Source: Azolla caroliniana (taxonomy: Eukaryota; Plantae; Polypodiophyta). From it: a stretch of DNA of 38,711 nucleotides. The notes below the pieces were generated by a model. That model saw only the letters and a program-made list of their open reading frames with translations. It had not been told where the DNA came from and did no database searches. Position numbers and translations under genes: made by a program. Positions 1 through 10,772 of the stretch are shown here, piece after piece. The stretch's first letter is position 1. Each line of letters starts with the position of its first letter. The stretch spans positions 1 through 38,711 of the forward strand of contig JBHGNT010000293.1 in assembly GCA_043228905.1 (NCBI GenBank), given 5' to 3'.

Positions 1-2896
1 AATCTCGGGTCCTCCCTCTCAAGCCGGTGATGAAGGCTTGTAGTGTGTGGGCGAAGGCAGACTACTTCCACCCATCGTGGGTTACGAGCCACTTTGGTGG
101 AGCTCTTGGGCTCTTGTTCGGCCGCTACCTTCATTAAGGCATAGTGATGGGCTATGTACTCGTTGTAGCCATGCCGAGTGACGGGGTTCTTAGCTCTAGA
201 TGAGCGTCGAAGTTTTTCGCTCCCCGATGTGAGCGCCTTGCCTTCTTTGCTTTGGGTGTCTGCATGATGGGTACACCGAACTCACTGTCTAGTGAGGGAA
301 CCGACACATCTGAATCACTATCGTCGGGGTGATCAACTTCATATTCGGGCATCTTACCTTTGCCTTTGTCCAAGTTCGTACTTGGCCGCAACGTGCTTGG
401 GTTGCGTGGGGGCTCTTGTGACCCACTAGGCCTTGCCGTAATTGGACTTTCTTCGAACATGTGTTCGAAGCGATCTCCATCTTCTACCTCTTGTTCGGCG
501 GATTCCGGGTCGAGCGGAGTCGAAGTCGAAGTCGTCTCTGGTGCGTACCAAGATGCAGACTCGTCGAAGACTACGTCTCGACTTACCCAAACTGCTCAAG
601 TAGAGGGTTGTAGCACTTGTATGCCTTCTTCTCGGACGAGTATCCTATGAGGATACATTCCTCCGACTTTGCGTCGGGCTTTTGTCGTTGTTCGTTCGGG
701 ATGCGTGCATTCGCAATGCTTCTAAACACCTTGAGGTGTGACAGGATCGGCTTCCTTCCGATGAGGAGCTCCTATGGAGTTACCTCATGCACTCCATTAG
801 TGATGCATTGATTCATGAGATAGATGGCCGTGGATGCCGTGGATGCCCAATAGAAGTTCGGCATGTGCTTCTCATGTAACATGGCTCGTGCTACCTTGAG
901 TATTTGCCGATTCTTCCTTTCGGCTACTCCATTTTGTTGGGGTGTGTGTCGGCATGAGAATTCTCTTCGAATGCCTTCACTTTGGAGGTAGGAGGTGAAT
1001 TCATCGGAGAAGTACTCCTTGCCTCCATCCAATTGTAGGCATCAAATGAGCCGACCAGTTTCTTTTTCGACTTGGCCCTTGAGCTTTTGGAAGTGGGAGA
1101 ACACCTCACTCTTCTTCTTCATCGGGAAGATTCACGCGTAGCGCGAGAAGTTGTCGATGAAGGTGACGTAGAATTGGCATCCGCTGATCGTCGACGTTTG
1201 AGCCGGTCCCCATACATCCGAGTGTATGATGTCGAGGAGGCCTTTGCTTGCGGAGCTCTCCTTCATAAATGGGAGTCGATGTTATTTGCCGATTTGACAT
1301 GCTTCGCATACTCGATCGACTCGTTTTGGCTCGAATGTTGGAAGTCCGATGACGACTCCCTTTGATTGCATAGCTCGGAGCTGTTGGAGGTTTATGTGGC
1401 TGATTCTCTTGTGCCACAACTCGGTTTTGAGACCTTTGGCGTACATTGCTGATTTCACCTTGTTTGAATCGAGGATGAACATGCGACCATCTCTCCGTCC
1501 CTTGCTATGAGTCGGCCATCTTTCTCAATGAAACAACCTTCGTTGTTGAAGCGGACTTGCATGCCTTGCTCCATGATTTAGCCAACCGAGACCAAATTCT
1601 TCATTATTGTGGGCATGTGCAAGACATTCTTGATGCAAGTTTGTTCGCCTTCTTTCCCGAATGGGATGTGTGGTGTTGTCTCTCGTCTCTATGAAGCCAA
1701 GTTGGTCCGACGTTCGTAAGTCACAAAACCACTCTTGGTGTGACGTCGTATAATGTGAGGCGTCGGAATCGACGAACCACACGTTTTACGAGTTGGAGGT
1801 GCTCGCGGAGTCGAAGACTGACATACAGTTCACTCTATGCCTCATTACGAATAGTCCGTCGTAGTCGTCGTATTTGGAGTTGGCGGTGTAATTCGTGAGT
1901 TGTCGACTTGTCGAAGCCGATTCGCTTCTTCTTTTTCGGCACTCCTCCTCGCGGTGGCTGATTTTTCCGCAATAGTTGCAAGTTACGGGCCTCATTTGCC
2001 GACCTTGTTCTGCATGGAAGCTCCCCCTTCTTCCAAAGGTTCCTTGATGGCATCTATGAAGGTTTGAATTCCCTTCGTGTGATGGGCCGAATAGGCCTTT
2101 TCTACCGTTGTGACCTCCTCCGCCGTGACCTCATCCTCGTCCAGCGTTCGAACTTGAGAAGAACATTTTTCCTTCTGACGTCTTCATCTTGGTTTGGACA
2201 TGGTTCTCTTCGACCAATAACATTGATTGGAGTTCTAAGAACAAATGAGGGTTTTCCCTCGCCAAGATTGTCATCCTCAACGAGTCGAATTGTTGTGCGA
2301 GGCTGCCCAAGCATACTTGTACCATCTCATCTTCGTCAACGTTTATTTTGATGGAACCAAGTGAGTCGCAAATGCTCTTGATCTTGGCGGTGTAGACCGA
2401 CACAAACATGTCTTTTTGCTAAATGTTGTTCAGATATTGTCGGAGTTGAAGCTTTCAGGCGGTTGTGTTGGTAGCGAACATTTTCTTTAAGTTCACCTAT
2501 GCTTCTTTAGGCATCTTGGCATCTCGAATGTGGCTAAGCATGTGTTCGTGGACACATGTTGCCAAGCAATACATGACTCAACTCGCCGCTTGCTCCCATG
2601 TTGCGTAGTCGACGTTCTTTGAGTCGGGTCGATTTTCTTGTGCGTCGTTGATGTAGCTCCAATACCCTTGACTGACAAGGTCATCTTGTACTCCCAAGAT
2701 GAATAATAGCTCCAATCTTGTACTCCATTTGTGTGTTCATTTTGATGTAGTGTCTTTTGTTTTGCTTTTCTTCCTTCGATCACATTCTCCTGCTACGTAG
2801 CGGCACTATGGTAGCGGATAGCCGGAATTTGTCGTCAGCGTTTCAAACACACAATTATGAAGAGGCGGATGGGCTTAGTGGATGTGCTAAACCCAC

Positions 2897-2908
2897 GCTC
2901 TGATACCA
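2897..2908 (-). promoter_or_regulatory. Primer-binding site, tRNA-iMet
   Basis: Reverse complement of gctctgatacca = TGGTATCAGAGC, directly after the LTR-terminal CA. Confidence 0.92.
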
Positions 2909-3291
2909 TGTTAATAATTAGGTAATTAAGCAAGGGTGGGTGTGTGTGAGAGGAAGAGAGAGAGGAAGTTACACTTATGAACAACACAAGATGGGGGATG
3001 ATTAACTCTATATTAAATTAGCATTATCATCATCAAATACAAACATACCCATAATGAGGTATATATACATCTCATGTGCAAAGGTGCATATGTGTGAGTA
3101 GAATATAGGTACTAAGGTGTAAGTCCTATATTAAATGTACTTAGGAGTGGAGGATCTAGAATATCTCACTTAAGTACGAGGTCCTATTTAAGGCGTTATA
3201 GTCAACACTTCTAACTAGATTCTATCTAGGTAACTACAAAGTTACATGGTTGACTAACTAACTAAACTAAGTTGAGCTTGATCTCTCAACA
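2909..3291 (-). repeat. 5' LTR of the decayed copia (383 bp)
   Basis: Minus strand runs TGTTGAGAG...TTATTAACA and abuts the PBS. The outer boundary is inferred from the TG..CA termini only, since the partner LTR is outside the window. Confidence 0.75.
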
Positions 3292-5017
3292 CTTCCATTA
3301 GTTTTAAAAAGGCATATCAGCTACAAAATATAAAAATAGATGGAAAGGAACAACAATTCTTCTGAAGCCCATCTTGTGTAAGCCAATGGTTAGCCATGGA
3401 TCCTTTGTTTGATAAAATTGATTGAGCACTTCCTCACATTCCTATTCTTAGCATATTGTGCAATCAGTGTCATTCCAAGAGACTTGTTCCTGGACTAAAA
3501 GCCTGTTAAATACTACCCGTACCTCGACAAATGACCCACATTTGGCATGCAAATGTACTAATGTATTACCAATGAAATAATGTCTTTCAACAGCTTTTTG
3601 TACAATGACCTTGTGAATTTCATTGCCTGCTAATGTAGCTCTAATGCTGCCACATGCTTTCAGGCAGCAAATAAGTGTGATAGTATTTGGAGGGATGCCC
3701 AGTCTTTGCATTTGCTTAAAGAGGGAGGATGTTTTCTCACTATATCCATGTTCCGCATATCCTGCAATCACTATATTCCATGAAATTGTATTTTTCATAG
3801 GAAAAACATTAAAAATTTCTTGTGCTGAAAGAAAACCACATTTGGCCTACATATCCACTAAGGTATTGGCAATGAAGGTCTCAGTCTATAACCCTTTCGT
3901 CACAATCTTAACATGTATTACACTACCTTGATTGATGTGTCCAGTATCACCACAAACTTTCAAGCCAAAAACAAGTACAAATGTATTTGGTGAGATATTA
4001 TGTGTTTGCGTCTCCTTCGTGAGGTTTTGTGCTCCCTCACCACACTCATCTTCTGCATAACCAATGATTAGTGCAATCCACATGATCACATCTTTGGCAG
4101 GTTGTCAAAAACTTGACGTGCTGCTTCGAGCAATCCAATTTGAGCATACGTATCAACCAATGTACCGCCAATAAGAAGATCTTTGTCGAATCCTTTCTTA
4201 ACAGTGTGGACCAAGAGATTATATTCTATAATGGATGTCTTTTGAACACATTGAGCGCTTCCACAAGAAAGCCACATTTCATATACATATTAAGCAAGGT
4301 TGTTACAACAATCACATTACTTTCAAGTAATCATTTCTTTGTTATCACCACATCCATTCCATCCATCTCATAAGAAGAAATGGAATTTTGCATACATATC
4401 AATTAGCATATTAGTGATTACAAGATCATGTTCCAAACCGTGTTTTTAGATACAGTTGTGCACTTCGCATCCTTTTTCTACTACTCGAAAACTTCCACAT
4501 GTTTTCAAGTCACAAAAAAATGCCACGACATTCAGAGATATACCTTTAGAATGCATACATGAGTGCCATATAAGAGCATCCTCCCCTCACCCATTTTCAA
4601 TATCCTAAAATCAGTGCGGTCCAAGAGACTATATTCTGTAATGGAAGTCTGTTGAACACATTGAGTGCCTCCAAGAGAAAGCCACATTTTCTGTACCTAT
4701 TCAGCAAGGTTGTGCCAACAATCACATTACTTTCAAGTAATCCTTTCTTTGCTATCACCACATCCATTCTATCCATCTCGTAAGAAGAAATGGAATTCTG
4801 CATTCATATCAATTAGCATATTATTGATTACAATATCACATTATTCCAAACCTTGTTTTCCGATACAGTTGTGCACTTCTTATCCTTTTTCGACTACTCG
4901 AAAACTTCCACATGTTTTCAAATAAATATTCATGAGGTTTGGTGCTTCCTCACCATGCTCATGTTCTGCATTACCAATGATTAGTGTAGTCCATAAGATC
5001 ACATCTTTGACTAGTAG

Positions 5018-5798
5018 TAGCAATGGGCCCGGTTTCGGCTCGAACCGAACCGAACCGAAAAATCGTGGCTTAATGGTTTATAGGTTTAAAGGTAAATAAA
5101 CGGTTTGGTTTGGTTTCGAATGTTACTAATCGGTTTCAGTTCGGTTTTGAATTGACCAGTTTTGGGGTTTATTGGTTTATCGGCTTATCAATTTCTGTTT
5201 ATGTGGTTCGGTTTAAAGGTTTATAGGTTAAAAAATACTCATAAATATTCTCTATAGACTCTAACTTTCAACTTTTAATTTTAAACTCTTGTTTTAACTT
5301 ATTAAATTTTATGTGTATTATTTGTAGAGTCTCCTTTTCATTTATGATGATCAATTATGATAAGTATGATGATCAAATTTATGATTAGTATAATGATCAA
5401 ATTTATGATTAGTATGATGACCAAATTTATGATTAGTATGATGACCAAATTTTATGATAAGTATGATGACCAAATTTATGATGATTATGATGAATAAATT
5501 TATGATGATTTTCTCACACAAATTTATAATAAGTATGATGATTAATATCAATAAAAAATGGTTTGGTTTTCATTTATGATAAATTGGTTTGGTTTGGTTT
5601 TAAATTTTTCATAAACGGTTTGGTTTCTCCTATTCTTTAAACGGTTTGGTTTAACGGTTCAGCTCTAAACGGTTCGGTTTAAATGGCTTCATAAATTTTA
5701 AAACAATTTGGTTTGGTTTTTATTATTAATAAATGGTTTGGTTTAGTTTAGTTTGGTTTCAAGACCAAGAAACCGAAACTGAACTGGGCCCATGGCTA
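5018..5798. mobile_element. Non-autonomous hAT-type element (MITE), 781 bp
   Basis: TIRs TAGCAATGGGCCCGGTT / rc TAGCCATGGGCCCAGTT. 8-bp TSD ACTAGTAG (5010-5017) vs ACTGGTAG (5799-5806). Dense AACCG/CGGTT subterminal repeats. PPR sequence resumes after it. Confidence 0.88.
5340..5545. repeat. ~24-bp minisatellite inside the hAT MITE
   Basis: Tandem imperfect copies of AAATTTATGATTAGTATGATGACC. Confidence 0.85.
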
Positions 5799-6077
5799 AC
5801 TGGTAGGTTGTCAAAAACTTGATGTGTTGCTTCAATATCAACCAATGTACTACCAATAAGAAAATCTTTGTTAAATCTTTTCTTAATTATCTCAACATGA
5901 ATTTCCTCGATGAATACTAGACTACAATATGATTTAAAGTTGCAAACTAATGGTATAGTGTCTAGAGAAACAACTTGTTGTATTTTCTCAATACAACACA
6001 TTAGCTTCTCAACATCCCCACATTCAATATATCTTGAAATTAATGCATTCCACAATACTACGTCTTTGCTTGTGAGG

Positions 6078-6291
6078 TAGGAATCGACAATGGTTCGATT
6101 TAGGTTTAGCTGGTTTGGCCTGATCCAAGCCAAACCGGTTAAGCCTAAACCGTTTTGGGGTCCTCAAACCTGAACCAAACCGATCCCTAAACCGATTTGT
6201 GAACCAGGTTGGAAACCTCCCTCCCTCCCTCTCTCTTTAAACCATTTTAGCTTAACAGTTTAGGCTTGAGTCGAGCCGTTGCCGATTCCTA
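6078..6291. mobile_element. Small hAT-type MITE (~214 bp)
   Basis: 21-bp TIRs TAGGAATCGACAATGGTTCGA / rc TAGGAATCGGCAACGGCTCGA. Flanks CTTGTGAG (6069-6076) and CTTGTGAC (6292-6299), with one extra G on the left. AAACCG-rich interior. Confidence 0.82.
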
Positions 6292-7374
6292 CTTGTGACT
6301 TTGAGAGACACATGTTGCGCTTTTGCAAGAAGGATATATTTGCCATAAACATCAACCAAAGTACTACCAATAAGGCATGATTGCTAGAAGTTGATTGACA
6401 ATTTACTAGAATCAACCTTCCTTTGGGCAAGTACCATTTTAGATGAGAAACATGTCTAGTCCTTCGATTGTGTCTTTATGGTTACAAATTTAAAATTTTG
6501 GAAGACATCAACATCTTCTCTATCAACCTTGTGATAGAGATAAGGTGATTGGCACCTAGTGATGTATTGAGTGTGTCCGGACCTATTAAGAGATGGTTTT
6601 CACTTTCAAGTTTCAAGGCTATATTGTTCATGTTTGTATCATGACACAAGATAACTAAAGCCCCTTCTAAGTTTGTAAGTTTGTTCCACTATAGTCTCAA
6701 GCCTTAATGTATGCATTATGATAGGTGGAAACATGTTGCACACATTCAACGAATGAGAAAATTGCAACAAAAAGGTTAAATTGTTGAATCAAACTTTGTT
6801 GCTATTTTTTAACCTAGAATATACCTCTCCTCAGGAAGTCTTTCAACGATAATCCATTAATAATTTAGAAAGTCATTATGAATATTAAGTTGGCAAGGTA
6901 TCTTGAAACAAATACTTACAACCCCTTCTCATTGCTAGTTGAATGCCCCTTTAATCATTCCTCACCACCCAACCATTTAATTTCAAAGCATTCAATGAGC
7001 CTCTAGTTTAATCACAATATAAATCGTAGTTGACATCAAGTGAAGTTTTAAAGTTGGACAATATGGGAATGAACTACATAATCTACATAATAGACATGAA
7101 AGCATCCTAAAAATCACACCAAGGTGAGCCACGGAACAATACATGTTTATAATTACAAGACTTTCTTACTCCAACAATTAATAGTGGTGTATCAAACATT
7201 CATTGGATGTTTTTAGCATGTCATTTGTACATCCATAGTGTATGTCATTTGAGTTATTTTTATTATATGTAATTTGTACCCTAGGGCTCAATATAAAGCA
7301 CCTTTAAAAGAATGAAATAAATAAATTCCAAAAATACCCATGCCTCATTTTACGAGTTTGCGTTTATTGTAATT

Positions 7375-7540
7375 AGCTTATCCTAGTGATCACTAATGAC
7401 GTGTTAGATTACCAACACAAGGCGTTGGGTTCAACCCCTGGATGGTCGTGTTGTAGTTTGTAAGGTTGTTTGGTAGAGACTGGAAGGTTATGCATTTAAC
7501 CCCTACATTCAGTAGACATATCTACTAAAATTAAGAAAAA
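7375..7540 (+). mobile_element. Possible degenerate tRNA-derived SINE
   Basis: A-box-like TATCCTAGTGA (7379-7389), B-box-like GGTTCAACCCC (7428-7438), A-rich tail near 7527-7540. No convincing TSD found. Confidence 0.3.
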
Positions 7541-7935
7541 GTATGTTTTCTTCGTGAATTTCAAAATTTCTAGAGTGAGAAATTGAAGAAGAATTGGAAG
7601 AGACAGAATCAAAGATACAATAATTTGGTAATTTCGTGAAAATTAAAGGTTATGTCTAGCAAGTTTACTAAAGGATTAACCGATTTTACATTATTCAAGG
7701 GCATGCCTAATAAGTTCTCCAAAACATTAACAAGTATAACATCCTATTTTGATTGATCAATTTCTCTATTTCATAAGATTTTAATGACCAATTCTCTATG
7801 TTAGCGAACTCAATCACACAATACTTATCGAGCCCCCAAAAACTGTAGTTTACATAGTTTAAATTTGCTCTCTAGGCGTTCTAGTTAACCATTGAAATGA
7901 TGGATACTTTAGGGAAGACGTAAGTGGTAGCATAG

Positions 7936-8080
7936 TTGCCAAAGGCGACCAATTAGGAATGGAGCAAAGATCTAAATTTCAAGAGGGGTTTTTTATTAGC
8001 ATACAACATATTTGCCAAAGGTGACCAATCAAGAATGGGGCAAAGAGCTAAATTTCAAGAGAGATTTATTATTAACATAT
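7936..8080. repeat. Diverged ~76-bp tandem duplication
   Basis: TTGCCAAAGG(C/T)GACCAAT..GAATGG.GCAAAGA.CTAAATTTCAAGAG occurs twice in tandem. Confidence 0.8.
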
Positions 8081-9150
8081 TGGCACATGAGTCTTTGAAT
8101 ATACAATGATAGCCTTAAAGAGGAGCTTAGTAGTACAAAATCTTAATGATTGAAATTATTGACATAGTTGGGCAATCGATATCAATAATCAAGACCAATG
8201 CATTTTATTTTTTTAGTGTTAATCATATTAGAGGTAGATGTTTCTCGAATTGTACTTATAATGGTTAAATTCAAACCCTCTGTTATGGCATCATACAATG
8301 GGTGCCGGTAAAAAGTTATAGGATAAGGAAATCTTGAGGTTATAACGTGCTTGGAGATTGTTACAATGGCCATAAACTTAGTGAGAGAGCAAAGGTTAGT
8401 TCTTTGCTTATATCTTCTTACTTAGGAGCACATAAGGTGTATACCTACATTGTGTTACCCTTACATTCTCGATATTTTGCAAATTAGTCGTGGGGTCTAA
8501 GCAATAGAAGCTTTGCACTTGTTCAACATCAAGAGAGAGGTCGGAGATGGATATCAAATATATTATTCATTTCACCAATGGTATGGGCATCTTGAACCTT
8601 TATATTATTCATCAAGACAAGTAAGTCACGAGAGAGAAACAAGCCAAGAAACATAAATTTGAATCTACAATAGATCTTAACTCATGATAGAGTGGCCAAG
8701 TGTTGATAGAGTCCGATTGCTTGTGAAGAATTTCTAAGTCGTGATAAAGGACAAAGACAAGACCTACGTTATCGTGAAGCTGAGGACGACATCGTTGCAA
8801 CTTAAGGACAAATACTAGTCAACTAGGATCAATGAGCATACCTGAGGCTGTAACCACAACTTCTTAATAGGTCAGTGTAAGGATTTACCACACACCTTAT
8901 GATAGGACTAGCAAATTTATATTGTTGGAATATAAAACCATACATGAACAACACAATTGTTGGGAATAGGTTTAAAGCTAATGCACATGAAATACAAGTT
9001 ATAATTGAGAAACATATTTTAAGTTGAGGCATATTGCTAACTGAACCCTTGATGGAAAAGGAAAAGAAGAACAAGAACAAGAAGTACAAAGGTAAGGATC
9101 ATCTAGCATTGAATGGTTTCACAGTATTATGAATTCTCTATTATATAATA

Positions 9151-9424
9151 GGGAAAAGTACCAGGATACCCCTAGAAGTTCGTCTATTTACCAGAATGCC
9201 CCTGGAAGTTCCAAATTTACCAAACTACCCTTATGTCCAAAAAATTACACTTTATAAAGTAATTATACACTCAAATCTTTGGTAAATAGGGCTTGTAGAT
9301 TTGAGTGTATAATTACTTTATAAAGTGTAATTTTTTGGACATAAGGGTAGTTTGGTAAATTTGGAACTTCCAGGGGCATTCTGGTAAATAGACGAACTTC
9401 CAGGGGTATCCTGGTACTTTTCCC
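9151..9424. mobile_element. Mutator (MULE)-type foldback MITE, 274 bp
   Basis: 128-bp inverted arms (9151-9278 and 9297-9424, one mismatch seen) with an 18-bp spacer. GGG..CCC ends. Perfect 9-bp TSD TATATAATA (9142-9150, 9425-9433). Confidence 0.92.
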
Positions 9425-9550
9425 TATATAATATCCCTAGACCTATGCATGTTCACAAGCTCGCACTGGTAAATAGACAAACTTCCAGGGGTATCCTGAT
9501 GCTTTTCCCTATATAATATCCCTAGACCTATGCATGTTCACAAGCTCGCA
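9381..9550. repeat. 85-bp tandem duplication spanning the MITE right end, TSD and flank
   Basis: 9381-9465 is repeated at 9466-9550 with 3 substitutions. Confidence 0.9.
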
Positions 9551-10289
9551 TTAATGTAAGGTCATCACTTGGTGTGAATATATGCTTGTCACTTGGTTAT
9601 CTTGCATGTTTCTAAATTGGTTATCATGTATAACTATCACATAACTTTTTCACAATAAGGTAAAAATGTATAATTTTATTTTTGTAATAGTTATAAACAA
9701 TTTTATGATCTTGAGCTCTTTAAAATATATGACATTTTGTATGCTCATGATGAGTTCCTTGTGCCACAATGCATGGTTAGGGGCTTATCACAACACCATT
9801 GAGGAAATTATTAAAAAAAGAGTTAGGAGCAAAATCGAAAATATTCCTATTTTCCTACGTACGCCTTAAACTAATAAACCCACCAAGTCATAATAGTTTG
9901 TCGCACAGAAACTTGGGGCTCACAATTGCTTCAATCATGTACTCTAGATTATGAACAAGTTAGACTAACAATTGGCAATAGTTCGGTTTGGTTTGAGAGT
10001 GTCAATATTGAACCGTTAAAAAATTTGAAACTTGAACCGAACCAAACCAACCACGAAACCATTTAAACCAAAACTGTTTAAATCGAACTGTTAAACCATT
10101 AAACCGTTGTTTAGATGTTCGGTTTCAGTTTTCAAGCTAGGTCAAAATTCTGATTTTCAATTCTAAAATTCTAAAATTTTCATTATTTCAAATTTTAATT
10201 TTTAAAAAATTTAAAGATTTTCCCTAAAATGTGAGAATTAGGCTTTAAAAAATATATTTTTTAAAAACAATTGGCAACCGTAAACCATC

Positions 10290-10422
10290 TGTCAGGAACT
10301 CTATTAAGGCAGAGAAGGAATTAGTACTAAAAGAAGGATTAGTACTATTGTTGGGGAATAGTACTAAGACAGAGAAGGATTAGTACTATGAGAGGTGTCA
10401 AACTTTGAGAGAAGGAATGAGT

Positions 10423-10482
<60 letters not shown>

Positions 10483-10772
10483 TGATGCGAAAGATATATG
10501 TATTATATGACGGAAGATATACAACAGTAGTTAGAAGGCTTAAGACTGGCGTTGAACCGATTTGGTTCGAACTAATGCCTTGCGCCTCCTTTTATAGTGT
10601 CTTCAGGAATACTCCTGAAGTTTCTAGAATGTTCCAGAGAAATCTGGAATATACATCAATTTCCCAATAAAACCTAAATGAAAATAATATCCTTCAAATT
10701 ACAATTCATAACCTAATGGTAAAGTCTCGACCCGTGTAACAAAAGGTTATGGGTTCGAGTCTAGTTATGACA
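10290..10772 (-). repeat. 3' LTR of chromovirus (483 bp)
   Basis: TGTCA...TGACA ends. Differs from the 5' LTR by one substitution (tgtcAaac vs tgtcGaac) and one 4-bp GAGT indel. Confidence 0.97.

Larger units (their letters stand above)
1..3291 (-). mobile_element. Decayed Ty1/copia LTR retrotransposon, 5' portion (3' end outside window)
   Basis: Minus-strand order: LTR, PBS, gag remnants (KIKSICDSLGSI..VDEDEMVQVCL), CCHC knuckle (CNYCGKISHREEEC), protease (WFVDSDAS), pre-integrase (LWHKRISH..CEACQIGK), integrase (DGGKEY..TPQQNGVAERKNR). Many stops and frameshifts. Confidence 0.93.
3300..6430 (-). pseudogene. PLS-class pentatricopeptide repeat (PPR) pseudogene, boundaries approximate
   Basis: Repeated PPR motifs across shifting frames: ISWNIVIAGYAEHG, GNTLVHLHAKCGSFVEVRVVFNRL, TLVDTYAQIGLLEAARQVFDNL, YRKCGFLLEALNVFNRLPLQNIVSWTALILGY, DVVLWNALISRY. 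Multiple stops and frameshifts, and two MITE insertions. Confidence 0.88.

Noticed and set aside
8180-9120. Coding-like stretch with short ORFs
   Set aside because: No recognisable motif or consistent frame.
10425-10670. 81-aa MRERERE.. ORF, repeated at 15746-15991; similar ORFs at 17287, 22130 and 36495
   Set aside because: Translations of (GA)n microsatellites, mostly in LTRs; no protein signature.
10702-10772. A genuine tRNA gene in the LTR
   Set aside because: D, anticodon and T stems do not pair properly; only the promoter-like boxes are supported.
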